Shown: positions 52,566 to 63,143 of the stretch, one piece after another | Numbering within the stretch: the stretch's first letter is position 1 | Layout: each line of letters begins with the position of its first letter | Notes under the pieces: generated by a model | The model's input: the letters and a program-made list of their open reading frames with translations, nothing else | Told to the model about the DNA's origin: nothing | The model's database searches: none | Made by a program: the position numbers and the translations under genes | Source of the DNA: Thermoleophilia bacterium | GTDB taxonomy: Bacteria; Actinomycetota; Thermoleophilia; Gaiellales; Gaiellaceae | DNA length: 64,000 bases | NCBI GenBank assembly: GCA_025936995.1 | Contig: JAICSH010000006.1 | Location: forward strand, 6,575 to 70,574 | Direction: 5' to 3'

Positions 52566-53291
52566 TTAGCCCTCGGCGGTGTCCTGGTCGCCGGCGGCCT
52601 CCGCCTCCGGCTCGGCCGCGCCCTCCGCAGCCTCGCCCTCAGCCGGCTCCTCGCCCTCGGCAGCCTCGCCCTCCGCCTCCATCGCGGCGAGATCCTCCTC
52701 CGTGGGCTCGGGCTCGACGACCTTCGTCGGCGCGGTGACCGTGGCGACGACCATCTCCGGGTCGTCCAGGAGCGTGATGCCTTCCGGCGTCGCAAGGTCG
52801 GAGATGCGGAGCGTCCCACCGATCTCCATGCCAGAGACGTCGAGGTCGAGATGCTCGGGAACTTCGAGCGGGAGTGCCTCGACCCTCACCTCGCGCAACG
52901 GCTGCGAGAGCACGCCGCCCTCGCGCACGCCCGGCGCGTCCTCGCCGCCGTGGAGCTGGACGGAGACCGCGGCCTGGATCGTCCGATCGAGCCGCACCTC
53001 GTGCAGGTCGACGTGCGTGACGCCGCCCCGCACGGGATCGACCTGGTACTCCTTGAGAATCGACGCGTGCGTCTCACCCTTGCCGTCGATCTCGACGTCG
53101 AGGATGGAATGCAGGCCCGCGGCGCCGGTGAGCGCGCGACGGAGCTCACGCTCCGCGATGGAGATGGACACCGGCTCTCCGTCCCCGTAGAGGACGCCCG
53201 GCACGAGACCTTCACGCCGCAGGCGCCGCGACTCGGCCGAGCCGAGTCTGTCGCGCTGCGCGACGACGAGCTTGGTGCGTTCTCCGGCCAT
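52566..53291 (-). CDS. rplY: 50S ribosomal protein L25 / general stress protein Ctc
   Basis: RRLRREGLVPGVLYG...VQLHGGEDAPG, with an acidic Glu/Ala-rich tail. The start is set at ATG 53291. Confidence 0.9.
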   Translation of the reverse strand: MAGERTKLVVAQRDRLGSAESRRLRREGLVPGVLYGDGEPVSISIAERELRRALTGAAGLHSILDVEIDGKGETHASILKEYQVDPVRGGVTHVDLHEVRLDRTIQAAVSVQLHGGEDAPGVREGGVLSQPLREVRVEALPLEVPEHLDLDVSGMEIGGTLRISDLATPEGITLLDDPEMVVATVTAPTKVVEPEPTEEDLAAMEAEGEAAEGEEPAEGEAAEGAAEPEAEAAGDQDTAEG

Positions 53292-53375
53292 TCCGGCGGC
53301 GGAGTGTAGCCGAACGCGTCCCTCGCGCCCGGGCCTGGGCGACGGATGCTCTGCGGCTCCGTCTACGGTGCCGGG

Positions 53376-54440
53376 GTGGATTTCGAGGATCTTCTCGCGC
53401 AGTGGGACGGCGAGCACGCGGTCGTGCGCCACGACCCGGAGAGCGGCGCCTGGATGTTCGTCTGCGTCCACTCGACCGTGCTCGGGCCGGCGGGAGGCGG
53501 GACGCGGATGCGCGTCTACCCCGCTCCCGCCGACGGCCTCGCCGACGCCATGCGCCTCTCGGGCGCGATGACCTCGAAGATGGCGGCCGCCGGAGTGGAC
53601 CGTGGCGGGGGGAAGGCCGTGCTCGCGGTGCCGGAGCTTCCGGCCGGCGAGTCGCGGAAGCAGCTGCTACGGCGGTACGGCGAGCTCGTCGCTTCGCTCG
53701 GCGGCAGCTACCGGACCGCCGGCGACATGAACATCTCGCCGGACGATCTCGACGTCGTCGCCGAGACGTGTCCCTGGGTCTACGGCACGACGAGCGGCGG
53801 CGGCAACAGCGGCCGCGGCACCGCGCGCGGCTGTCTGCACGCGATCCGCGCGACGACGGAGCATCTTTTCGGAACGCCGGAGCTCTCGGGCCGCAGCGTC
53901 CTCGTCCAGGGCGCCGGCGCGGTCGGAGCGATCCTCGCGGGGGAGCTCGCGGAGGCCGGCGCCCGCGTGCTCGTGAGCGACGTCGACGAGGAACGCGCGG
54001 CCGCGACCGGCTGCGAGACGGTGGCGCCGGAGCGCGTGCTCGGTACCGAGGTGGACGTCTACTCGCCCTGCGCCGTCGGCGGCACGCTGAACGCCGACTC
54101 GATCCCGCTTCTCACGTGCCGCGCGGTCGCCGGCTGCGCGAACAACCAGCTCGCAGAGCCCGACGACGCGGAACGGCTCCGCGAGCGCGGCATCCTCTAT
54201 GCACCGGACTACATCGTGAACGCGGGCGGGATCATCCAGCTCATCGGCCTCGAGGACGAGGGCTGGGACGAGGCGCAGCTCGAAGAAGGGCTCGCGAAGA
54301 TCGGCGCGACGCTGCGCGCGCTCTTCGCGGAAGCCGAAACCGCGGGCATCACCCCGGCCGAGGCCGCCGAACGGCTCGTGCAGAGGCGCCTCGCCGGTGA
54401 GCTCCAGTCCCAGGCCGCTCGTCGAGATCGGACCGCATAA
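53376..54440 (+). CDS. Leu/Val/Phe-type amino acid dehydrogenase (Glu/Leu/Phe/Val dehydrogenase family)
   Basis: GPAGGGTRM and the catalytic GGGKAV motif, plus the NAD fold VQGAGAVG. I prefer GTG 53376 because it gives a family-typical N-terminal length. The tracked ORF starts at ATG 53346. Confidence 0.85.
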   Translation: MDFEDLLAQWDGEHAVVRHDPESGAWMFVCVHSTVLGPAGGGTRMRVYPAPADGLADAMRLSGAMTSKMAAAGVDRGGGKAVLAVPELPAGESRKQLLRRYGELVASLGGSYRTAGDMNISPDDLDVVAETCPWVYGTTSGGGNSGRGTARGCLHAIRATTEHLFGTPELSGRSVLVQGAGAVGAILAGELAEAGARVLVSDVDEERAAATGCETVAPERVLGTEVDVYSPCAVGGTLNADSIPLLTCRAVAGCANNQLAEPDDAERLRERGILYAPDYIVNAGGIIQLIGLEDEGWDEAQLEEGLAKIGATLRALFAEAETAGITPAEAAERLVQRRLAGELQSQAARRDRTA

Positions 54441-54474
54441 CCGGCAGACGCGTTGCCACGTTCTACCGGCGCGC

Positions 54475-54530
54475 CTGGGGATCCGTGGCCGCAAGGGGGA
54501 CTACGGCAGACTCACACGGCCGCTCCCCAG
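54475..54530. terminator. Long imperfect GC hairpin between convergent genes (candidate bidirectional terminator)
   Basis: CTGGGGA...GGCCG // CGGCC...TCCCCAG. The outer 7-nt arms are perfect. There is no obvious U-tract. Confidence 0.3.
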
Positions 54531-54553
54531 GCGCTTCCGCCAGGCAGCGTCGG

Positions 54554-55561
54554 CTAGAAGAGCTGGTTCTCGCCGCCGAAGATCGCCGAGACGGAGTCGT
54601 CGGCGAACACGTTCATGATCGCCTCGGCGAGCAGGCCCGAGACGCTGAGGACGGTCATGTTGTCGGGACGCTTGCGCGGGTCGACCGGAACGCTGTCGGT
54701 GACGACGATCCGGTCGATCTCCGAGTTGCCGATCCGCTCGAGCGCGTCGTCGGAGAAGAGCGCGTGCGTGACGAAGACGTTCACCTCGGTCGCGCCCTGC
54801 TCCTTCAGCGCCTCTGCGCCGGCGATGAGCGTGCCGCCGGTGGTTGCGACGTCATCCCCCACGACCGCGACCTTGCCGCGCACCTTGCCCGTGACCTCCG
54901 TGATCTCCACCTTGTCGGAGGCCAGGCGCATCTTGTGCATGATCGCGAAGCTCGCCTCGGTCATCTCCCCGAAGCGCACGGCGTGCTTCGCCCGCCCGGC
55001 GTCCGGAGCCACGGCGACGACGCCGTCCCCGGTCAGCCCGAGATCGCGGAAATGCGTAGCGAAGAGCTGGAGCGCGGTCATGTGGTCGACCGGGATCGTG
55101 AAGAAGCCCTGGATCTGGCCGGCGTGGAGATCCATCGTGAGCACACGGTCGACGCCGGCGAGCTGGAGCATGTCGGAGACGATCCGGGCCGAGATGGGCT
55201 CGCGCGGCTTCGCCTTCCTGTCCTGCCGCGAGTAGGGGAACCACGGGATGACGGCCGTGATTCGCTTCGCCGAGGCGAGCTTCGCGGCCTGGATCATCAG
55301 CACGAGCTCCATGAGGTTCTTGTCCACCGGCGGAGCTCCGGTCTGCACGATGAAGACGTCGGCGCCGCGGATCGACTCGAGGTAGCGGCAGTACGTCTCG
55401 TCGTTCGGGAAGGTGCTGAGCTCGACGTCGCCGAGCTCCACGCCGAGCTTCTCCGCCATCGATCGCGCGAGCTCGGGGTGCGAGCGGCCGGAGAAGACCA
55501 TGAGCCGCTTCAGCGGCCCGCGCACGATCGAGTGCTGCGGCCCGGGATCGCTCACAGCCAC
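54554..55561 (-). CDS. prs: Ribose-phosphate pyrophosphokinase
   Basis: LMVFSGRSHPELA, DLHAGQIQGFF and the PRPP loop VVGDDVATTGGT. GTG 55561 lies 4 nt after GAGGGA. Confidence 0.9.
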   Translation of the reverse strand: MAVSDPGPQHSIVRGPLKRLMVFSGRSHPELARSMAEKLGVELGDVELSTFPNDETYCRYLESIRGADVFIVQTGAPPVDKNLMELVLMIQAAKLASAKRITAVIPWFPYSRQDRKAKPREPISARIVSDMLQLAGVDRVLTMDLHAGQIQGFFTIPVDHMTALQLFATHFRDLGLTGDGVVAVAPDAGRAKHAVRFGEMTEASFAIMHKMRLASDKVEITEVTGKVRGKVAVVGDDVATTGGTLIAGAEALKEQGATEVNVFVTHALFSDDALERIGNSEIDRIVVTDSVPVDPRKRPDNMTVLSVSGLLAEAIMNVFADDSVSAIFGGENQLF

Positions 55562-55589
55562 GGTTCCCTCGAGGCCGGGCAGGGCCAGC

Positions 55590-56873
<1,284 letters not shown>

Positions 56874-56885
56874 GTCAGGAAGAAG

Positions 56886-56959
56886 TGGCTGGGGCGCCAG
56901 GATTCGAACCTGGGATCACGGGACCAAAACCCGTTGCCTTACCACTTGGCTACGCCCCA
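56886..56959 (-). tRNA. tRNA-Gln (anticodon UUG), CCA encoded
   Basis: The reverse complement folds as a cloverleaf: acceptor TGGGGCG/CGCCCCA, anticodon stem ACGGG/CCCGT with loop TTTTGGT (anticodon TTG), T-arm CCAGG-TTCGAAT-CCTGG, discriminator G plus CCA. Confidence 0.9.
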
Positions 56960-56972
56960 GGGGCACGGAAGT

Positions 56973-57344
56973 CTAGCGGTGGTCGAGGAGGAGAAGACCC
57001 AGGGCGACGAGCGCGAAGATCACGAGCAGGACGATCAGCGCGCCGATGAGGATGTACCCCGCAGCGACGAGAATCGTGGCGCCGAGCTGCGACGCTGCGA
57101 GCAGCCAGACGAGCTGTCGCAGGAACGACGATTGCGTCCGTTCCGTCGTGTAGCGGTACAGCATCAGGCAGGCGAAGGCGATGACACCGAGCACGAGGAT
57201 CGTCGCGATGTGGAGCCCGTGGGTCACCCACACGACGAGCCCCTCGACCACGGCGATCCACAGGACGATGCGGAACCGATGCCGGTGGAGCCACCCGGTC
57301 GGTCCGCGCGAGCCCTCGATCGCCTGCGACGACCCGGTCAGCAC
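56973..57344 (-). CDS. Small hypothetical integral membrane protein
   Basis: Four hydrophobic segments. It begins 3 nt after the ispE stop. Confidence 0.55.
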   Translation of the reverse strand: MLTGSSQAIEGSRGPTGWLHRHRFRIVLWIAVVEGLVVWVTHGLHIATILVLGVIAFACLMLYRYTTERTQSSFLRQLVWLLAASQLGATILVAAGYILIGALIVLLVIFALVALGLLLLDHR

Positions 57345-57347
57345 CGG

Positions 57348-58166
57348 TCAACCGTACCACGCAGGTGCCGCGACCCAGGTGCGGCCGAGGCGGCGGAGCG
57401 AGCGTCTTGCAGCGCTCACATCGGCGCGCTGGTGGAACAGGCCGTAGAGCGCCGGGCCGGCGCCCGAGACGTCGGCGCGGAAGGCTCCCGCCGCGCGAAT
57501 CTCGTCCGCCAGCGGCGAGGTCGTGAGATCGTTCGGCGGCAAGGCCGCGAGATCGCGCGGACGCGTCACCTGCGCGAGCCCGTCGAGGAGCGTGCTCCTG
57601 CGCTCGGCGAACCCCGCCGGACCCTTGCGCGCGTCGAACGCGGCGTACACGTCGGCGGTGGAGCTCTTCTCCGCGCGGCGCGGAAGGAGCACCACGACCC
57701 AGAAGTCCTGGGGCAGCTCGAGTCGCTCGAGCTCGCTGCCGTCGCCGCGACCGAGCTGCGGGCCGTCGGCGAGGAAGAACGGGACGTCCGCGCCGAGCCC
57801 GGCCGCGATCGCGAGCAGCTCCTCGCGGGACAGCGGCTCCGGCAGCGTCGCGTTGGCCAGCCGGAGCGCCGTCGCCGCGTCGGAACTGCCGCCGCCGAGC
57901 CCCGCCGCGACCGGGATCTTTTTCTCGATCCGGACGCGCCAGCGCGGGTCGATGCCGGCCGCGCGAGCCAGTTCCCGCAGTGCACCGGCGACGAGCGTGT
58001 CCTCGGGGAAACCCTCGACCCGGAGCTCGGGCGCCTCGTCGAGCTCGAGCCGGTCGACGAGGTCGATCCGCTGCAGCACGGTGAGAACCTCGTGCTTGCC
58101 GTCGTCTCGAAGGGGCCCGACGACGAGCGCGAGGTTGATCTTGGCCGGAGCCGGCGCCCGCGTCAT
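57348..58166 (-). CDS. ispE: 4-diphosphocytidyl-2-C-methyl-D-erythritol kinase
   Basis: APAKINLAL.VG and the GHMP motif PVAAGLGGGSSDAA. The ATG overlaps the rsmA stop (ATGA). Confidence 0.9.
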   Translation of the reverse strand: MTRAPAPAKINLALVVGPLRDDGKHEVLTVLQRIDLVDRLELDEAPELRVEGFPEDTLVAGALRELARAAGIDPRWRVRIEKKIPVAAGLGGGSSDAATALRLANATLPEPLSREELLAIAAGLGADVPFFLADGPQLGRGDGSELERLELPQDFWVVVLLPRRAEKSSTADVYAAFDARKGPAGFAERRSTLLDGLAQVTRPRDLAALPPNDLTTSPLADEIRAAGAFRADVSGAGPALYGLFHQRADVSAARRSLRRLGRTWVAAPAWYG

Positions 58167-58936
58167 CCGAGCTTCTCGGCCAGCACGACGAAGTCCTCCG
58201 GAGCGAGCGCCTCGGCTCTCGTCTCCCCTCGGCGGCCGATGCCCACAAGAGCCTCGGCCGCTTGCTCGCGCGTGACGAGCCCGGCCAGGGCCAGCGAGTT
58301 CGGGAGGGTCTTGCGGCGGTGGGCGAAGGCCCCGTTGACGACTGCCTTCACCCGGCGGAAGTTCGCCGGCAGCTCCTTGCGCCGGAAGGCGACGAGCGCC
58401 GAGTCGACGTTCGGTTGCGGCCGGAAGACCGTCCGTGAGACGGGATGGAAGCCCGTGCGCGCGGCCGCAAGCTGGACGAGCACCGATACGGCCCCATAGG
58501 CCTTGGTTCCCGGCTCGGCGAAGAGACGATCCGCCACCTCCCGCTGCACCATCACGCACCAGAGCGCCACGTTGGGCAGCCCGTCGAGGCTCTCGACGAC
58601 GAGCGGCGTCGCGACGTTGTAAGGAAGGTTGGCGACGAGCTTCGTCGCGTCCTGGGGAAGCTCGATCTGGAGCGCGTCGCCGAAGGTCACGTCCACGTTG
58701 CCGGCGAGCCCGCCGAGCGCCGGCTCGAGCGCCCTGTCGATCTCGATCGCGTGGACGTGGCCGACGCGCTCTGCGAGATAGCGCGTCAGCACGCCCTCCC
58801 CCGGGCCGACTTCGAGCACGACGTCGTCCGGGCCGAGCTCGGCGAGCCGCCCGATCACCTCGAGGATGTTCGGGTCGCGCAGGAAGTGCTGGCCGTACTC
58901 CTTCTTCGGCCGGGTGCTCACGGCAGGGAGAAGCAC
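58163..58936 (-). CDS. rsmA: 16S rRNA (adenine1518/1519-N6)-dimethyltransferase
   Basis: YGQHFL, EVGPGEG and NLPYN motifs. Confidence 0.9.
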   Translation of the reverse strand: MLLPAVSTRPKKEYGQHFLRDPNILEVIGRLAELGPDDVVLEVGPGEGVLTRYLAERVGHVHAIEIDRALEPALGGLAGNVDVTFGDALQIELPQDATKLVANLPYNVATPLVVESLDGLPNVALWCVMVQREVADRLFAEPGTKAYGAVSVLVQLAAARTGFHPVSRTVFRPQPNVDSALVAFRRKELPANFRRVKAVVNGAFAHRRKTLPNSLALAGLVTREQAAEALVGIGRRGETRAEALAPEDFVVLAEKLG

Positions 58937-59661
58937 TCGGCGGCGTTGCGCTCGATGCGGCGCTCGAGCTCCTGGGGCTCCTCGCCTCGGGCGCGCGCGA
59001 CGGCCGCGAGCGTGTGGACGACGTTCGCCGGCTCGTTGCGCTTGCCCCGCAACGGCTGCGGCGCGAGATACGGCGAGTCCGTCTCGGCGAGGATGCGCTC
59101 CGCCGGAACCTGCGTCGCCGCGAGGCGGAGGTCGACGGCCTTCGGAAAGGTGGCATTGCCGGCGAACGAGACGTACCAGCCTCGCTCGAGCGCGGTCGGC
59201 AGCATGTGCGGCGACGAGAAGCAGTGGAGGACGACCGTCCCGCGGAAATTTTCGAGCGCGGCGAGCGTGTCGTCGTCCGCGGCACGTGTGTGGATCACGA
59301 CGGGCTTGGCGAGCTCCGAGGCGAGCTCGAGCTCGGCGGCGAAGAGGCGCCGCTGGTCGCCGCGCGGCGCGTAGTCCCGGAACCAGTCGAGCCCGGTCTC
59401 GCCGACTCCGACCGCCTTCGGGTGCTCGAGGAGGCCGCGCAACGCGGCGAGGTCGTCGGTCGTGGCCGTGCCGGCCTCGTGCGGATGGATGCCGAGGATC
59501 GCGTAGACGCCGTCGTGCTTCTCCGCGAGCGAGAGCGCCCGGCGGCAGTCGTCGACGTCCGTGCCGACGGTGAGGATGCGCTCGACGCCCGCCTCGGCGG
59601 CGCGTGCCACTGCCTCGTCGGCGTCGTCGAGCGCGGCGAGATGCGCGTGGGTGTCGATCAC
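58918..59661 (-). CDS. tatD: TatD-family metal-dependent hydrolase
   Basis: IDTHAHL, GETGLD, HTR and ETDSPYL motifs. GTG 59661 overlaps the metG stop (GTGA). Confidence 0.85.
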   Translation of the reverse strand: MIDTHAHLAALDDADEAVARAAEAGVERILTVGTDVDDCRRALSLAEKHDGVYAILGIHPHEAGTATTDDLAALRGLLEHPKAVGVGETGLDWFRDYAPRGDQRRLFAAELELASELAKPVVIHTRAADDDTLAALENFRGTVVLHCFSSPHMLPTALERGWYVSFAGNATFPKAVDLRLAATQVPAERILAETDSPYLAPQPLRGKRNEPANVVHTLAAVARARGEEPQELERRIERNAAECFSLP

Positions 59662-61175
59662 GCAGTGGCCGCAGGAAGCTCGATCTTCGGGAAGAGCGGT
59701 TTTGCGGCGGCGATCCCGTCGACCTCCTCCGCGACGCCGTTCCGGACGCGCTCCCAGCCGAGATCCGCCGACTGGCGCAGAGACTCGAGGATGCGAGGCG
59801 CGGTCTCCGGCAGGAATGCGGCGAGCGCGACGGCGAGCGCCGTCAAGCCGTCCACGAGGTTGTAGAGGACGCCGTCGAGCTTCGCCGCGTTCGCGTCGTC
59901 CTTCGCGAGCTGCCACGGCGCTTCGGCGGTGACGTACTGGTTGAGCGCACGAACGCCGTCCCAGATCGCGACGAGCGCCCCCGTGACGTCGAACCGGTCG
60001 AGGCGATCTGCGACGTCCTTGCCGAGCGCGCTCAGGTCGAGCGGAGCGGTCGCCTCGCCGCGGCGCAGGCTGCCGTCGCGGTACTGCACGACCATCGCAG
60101 TCGTGCGCGAGAGGAGGTTTCCGAGGTCGTTGGCCAGCTCGTTCTCGTACCGTTCCTGGACTCCGTCGATCGATGCGCTACCGTCGTGTCCGAAAGAGAT
60201 CGCACGCGCCATCCAGTAGCGAACTGCGTCGACGCCGTACACACCGGTGAGCTCGAGTGGATCGATCGCGTTGCCGAGCGATTTCGAGATCTTGCGGTCA
60301 TCGAGCAACAGGTAGCCGTGCACGAACAGCTGCTTCGGCGGCTCGTAGCCGGCTGCGAGCAGCATCGCCGGCCAGTAGACGCAGTGGAAACGGAGGATGT
60401 CCTTCGCGAGGAGGTGGTGAACGACAGGCCAGAAACGGTCGCGGAGGTCCTCACCCGGATGCGCGTACGTGAGGGCGCTGACGTAGTTGACGAGCGCATC
60501 CGCCCAGACGTAGGCGACCTGGCTCTCGTCCCACGGCAGAGGGATGCCCCAGGGCTGGCCGGCGCGGGAGATGCTGAAGTCGCGTAGGCCGCCCGCGATG
60601 AACGACCTCGCCTCGTTGTAGCGGAAGTCGGGCAGGACAAGGTCAGGACGCTCGTCGTAGAGGGCGAGCAGGCGGTCCTGGTACGCGGAAAGGCGGAAGA
60701 AGTAGTTCTTTTCCTCGATCCACTCGGGCGGTACGAGGTGATCGGGACAGAGCCCGTCGGGTGTCAGCTCCTCCTCGGTCTTGAACGCCTCGCAGCCGAC
60801 GCAGTAGAGGCCGGCGTAGATGTCCTCGTAGACGTCGCCGTTGTCGTAGATCCGCTGCAGAAATTCCCTGACGAACGCCTTGTGCCCCTCGTCGCTCGTG
60901 CGAAGGAAGAAGTCGACCTCCGCGTTCATCCGCGGCGCTAACTCGCGCCAGGGCACGGCGATGCGATCGGCGTACTCCTGCGGTTCGAGGCCCTGCTCCT
61001 CGGCAACGCGCCAGACCTTCGTCGCGTGCTCGTCGACTCCGGTCAGAAAGAACGTGTCGGCACCTCGTTGCCGCTGGTGGCGGACGAGCATGTCGCCGAT
61101 CGTGGTCGTGTACGCGTGCCCGATCGTCGGCGTCGAGTTGACGTAGTAGATCGGCGTGGTGAGGTAGAAGCGCAC
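59658..61175 (-). CDS. metG: Methionyl-tRNA synthetase
   Basis: TTPIYYVNSTPTIGH (HIGH-type motif) and KISKS (KMSKS-type motif). The start is set at GTG 61175. Confidence 0.95.
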   Translation of the reverse strand: MRFYLTTPIYYVNSTPTIGHAYTTTIGDMLVRHQRQRGADTFFLTGVDEHATKVWRVAEEQGLEPQEYADRIAVPWRELAPRMNAEVDFFLRTSDEGHKAFVREFLQRIYDNGDVYEDIYAGLYCVGCEAFKTEEELTPDGLCPDHLVPPEWIEEKNYFFRLSAYQDRLLALYDERPDLVLPDFRYNEARSFIAGGLRDFSISRAGQPWGIPLPWDESQVAYVWADALVNYVSALTYAHPGEDLRDRFWPVVHHLLAKDILRFHCVYWPAMLLAAGYEPPKQLFVHGYLLLDDRKISKSLGNAIDPLELTGVYGVDAVRYWMARAISFGHDGSASIDGVQERYENELANDLGNLLSRTTAMVVQYRDGSLRRGEATAPLDLSALGKDVADRLDRFDVTGALVAIWDGVRALNQYVTAEAPWQLAKDDANAAKLDGVLYNLVDGLTALAVALAAFLPETAPRILESLRQSADLGWERVRNGVAEEVDGIAAAKPLFPKIELPAATA

Positions 61176-61221
61176 ACGACCATGATACGAGGGCCCGTGC
61201 GGCCGGACCCAGGGCGTTTTC

Positions 61222-62241
61222 TCAGGCTGCGCGCCGGTCGTTTCGCCGGTCGAATACCGCGCGCGGTAGCTCGAGAACGTCGGCGATCGCGCTGGCGGGC
61301 CGTCGGCGACGGCTGCGCGCCGCGGCGAGGGCGGCAGTGACGGCGACGAGTGCCGCAAGCCCGTTGCACAGAAGTCCGAGCAGCGCACCGGACGACCCGT
61401 GCCGCGGCTGAAGGAGCTCGGTCGTCGGCTTGGTCTCGAGGCCGGTGTCGAGACCGGCAGATCTCGCCGGTTCGACGACCGGCCGCCGCGCGAAGACGGT
61501 CGGCTCACTCACCCGCGGCGTCGGCTGCTTCGAATGCCTCGCCCCGGAGGCGACTGCGGTCCGGACCTGGGTCTCCTCAACGGGCCGCTGCGCCGACCGA
61601 GGCTGCTGGGCGTCGGGGCGAGCGGCGTGTATGCGTCCGCGTGCTCGATGCGACGTTCCTGGCCACGCACTCGATGTCTCCGTGCCCACCGGTGTTGCAG
61701 TGACCGGCGCCGGCTGGGCCGCAGCCGGAGTCGTGGTGGCGGCGCCTGCGCTCGCGCTCGGCTGGACGGCGGGAGGCTCGGTTTCCGCGGGAGGGCTCTC
61801 GTCCGCTGGCGCCGGGAGGAGACTGAGTGGGTCGACGTAGCCGTCCGGGTCGTCCGTCATTCGGACCCCGAGGTGCACGTACGGGCCGTCCACCTCGGCC
61901 GTCCCGCTCGGGCCGACCGTGGCGACCTCGTCCCCCTCGACGATCGTGCCACCCCTGGCGACGAGAATCGTGCCGAGGTGCGTGAGGGTGACGGAGTAGC
62001 CGTCCCCGGTGGCGATCGTGAGCGACACGCCGCTGGTGGGCACCGTTCCCGCGAAGGCGACAGTGCCCGATGCGGGTGCGACCACCGCTTCGCCCGTGCC
62101 CTGGGCGCCGATGTCGATGCCTCGGTGCTGGCCGGACGCATAGGGATGCGCCTCGTCGTATGTGAACGGCTGCAGCACGGGTCCTGCCAAGGGCCAGCTC
62201 CACGCGCGAGCGACCGGCGTCCAGGCCAGGAACAAGACCAT
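61222..62241 (-). CDS. M23 (LytM)-family peptidase-like protein with a disordered linker and a C-terminal TM anchor
   Basis: The HxxxD motif is HRGIDIG. The expected HxH motif reads YVH (GPYVHLGVR). A long Pro/Ala/Thr-rich linker follows, then a C-terminal hydrophobic segment and RSRRRR. Confidence 0.8.
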   Translation of the reverse strand: MVLFLAWTPVARAWSWPLAGPVLQPFTYDEAHPYASGQHRGIDIGAQGTGEAVVAPASGTVAFAGTVPTSGVSLTIATGDGYSVTLTHLGTILVARGGTIVEGDEVATVGPSGTAEVDGPYVHLGVRMTDDPDGYVDPLSLLPAPADESPPAETEPPAVQPSASAGAATTTPAAAQPAPVTATPVGTETSSAWPGTSHRARGRIHAARPDAQQPRSAQRPVEETQVRTAVASGARHSKQPTPRVSEPTVFARRPVVEPARSAGLDTGLETKPTTELLQPRHGSSGALLGLLCNGLAALVAVTAALAAARSRRRRPASAIADVLELPRAVFDRRNDRRAA

Positions 62242-62293
62242 CGGAAGGACGAGCCGCGGGATGAGTGTGTCCTTGTTAGCAACAAGAAAGGCA

Positions 62294-62322
62294 GCGTAGC
62301 GCGACCGGCTCTCGTTGTCAAA
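62294..62322 (-). promoter_or_regulatory. Sigma-70-type promoter for the M23 gene: TTGACA-17 nt-TACGCT
   Basis: On the minus strand the -35 TTGACA lies at 62317-62322 and the -10 TACGCT at 62294-62299, with an exact 17-nt spacer. The palindrome CTTGTT-AGC-AACAAG (62272-62286) follows in the leader. Confidence 0.45.
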
Positions 62323-62327
62323 TCTGC

Positions 62328-63137
62328 CTACAGGGACTGCCGGTAGAGCCGGTTGCGCGAAACGCCTGCGAGGCTCGAGACGATCTCGGCGGCCCGCCGC
62401 CGCGGCACTCCGGCTGCCACGAGGTCGGTGACGGCCGCGAGTGCGCGCTCCTCACCGTCACCCCTGTCTTGCCGCACCGCGGGGCCGAGAACGAGCGTTA
62501 TCTCGCCCTTCGGGGGCGCGTCGAACCGCTGCGCCACTTCGGTCGCGGCGCCTCGCACAACTTCCTCGAACCGCTTCGTCAGCTCGCGGCAGACGGCGAC
62601 CTCTCGCTCGGGATCGGCAGCCGCGAGCGAGCGCAAGGTCGAGGGCAGGCGCTGCGGCGATTCGAAGGCGACCGCCGGCCACGGCCAGGCACCGAGCTCG
62701 TCCCACAGCGCGGCGAGCCTCTTGTCGCCACGCGGGAGGAACCCGAGGAAGCGGTACTGGTCCGCGACGAGGCCGGAAGCGACGAGCGCCGTCTCGACCG
62801 CTGATGCTCCGGGCAGCACCGTGACATCGACGCCTGCGTCGAGCGCCGCGCGCACGAGCCGCGCGCCGGGGTCGGACACGCCCGGCAGTCCGGCATCCGA
62901 AACGAGTGCGATCCGCTCCCCCGCCTCGAGCCGCGGCAGGAGCTCGGCCGTCCGCTTCGCCTCGTTGTGCTCGTGATACGAGAGCAGTCGCGCTTCGATC
63001 CCGTGCCGGTCGAGCAGGACGCGCGTGTGGCGCGTGTCCTCGCAGAGGACGACGTCGGCGGCCGCGAGCTCGGCGAGAACGCGAAGCGTGACGTCCTCGA
63101 GGTTCCCGATCGGAGTCGCGCAGACTGCTAGTGACAT
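62328..63137 (-). CDS. rsmI: 16S rRNA (cytidine1402-2'-O)-methyltransferase
   Basis: ATPIGNLEDVTLR, CEDTR and SDAG.P..SDPG motifs. Confidence 0.9.
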   Translation of the reverse strand: MSLAVCATPIGNLEDVTLRVLAELAAADVVLCEDTRHTRVLLDRHGIEARLLSYHEHNEAKRTAELLPRLEAGERIALVSDAGLPGVSDPGARLVRAALDAGVDVTVLPGASAVETALVASGLVADQYRFLGFLPRGDKRLAALWDELGAWPWPAVAFESPQRLPSTLRSLAAADPEREVAVCRELTKRFEEVVRGAATEVAQRFDAPPKGEITLVLGPAVRQDRGDGEERALAAVTDLVAAGVPRRRAAEIVSSLAGVSRNRLYRQSL

Positions 63138-63143
63138 CGGACG

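Noticed and set aside
52570-52700. The repetitive GCCTCGCCCTC-type sequence at the 3' end of the L25/Ctc gene as a tandem repeat or VNTR.
   Set aside because: It encodes the low-complexity acidic Glu/Ala/Gly tail common in actinobacterial L25/Ctc proteins. The repeats are imperfect and in frame, so it is not an independent feature.
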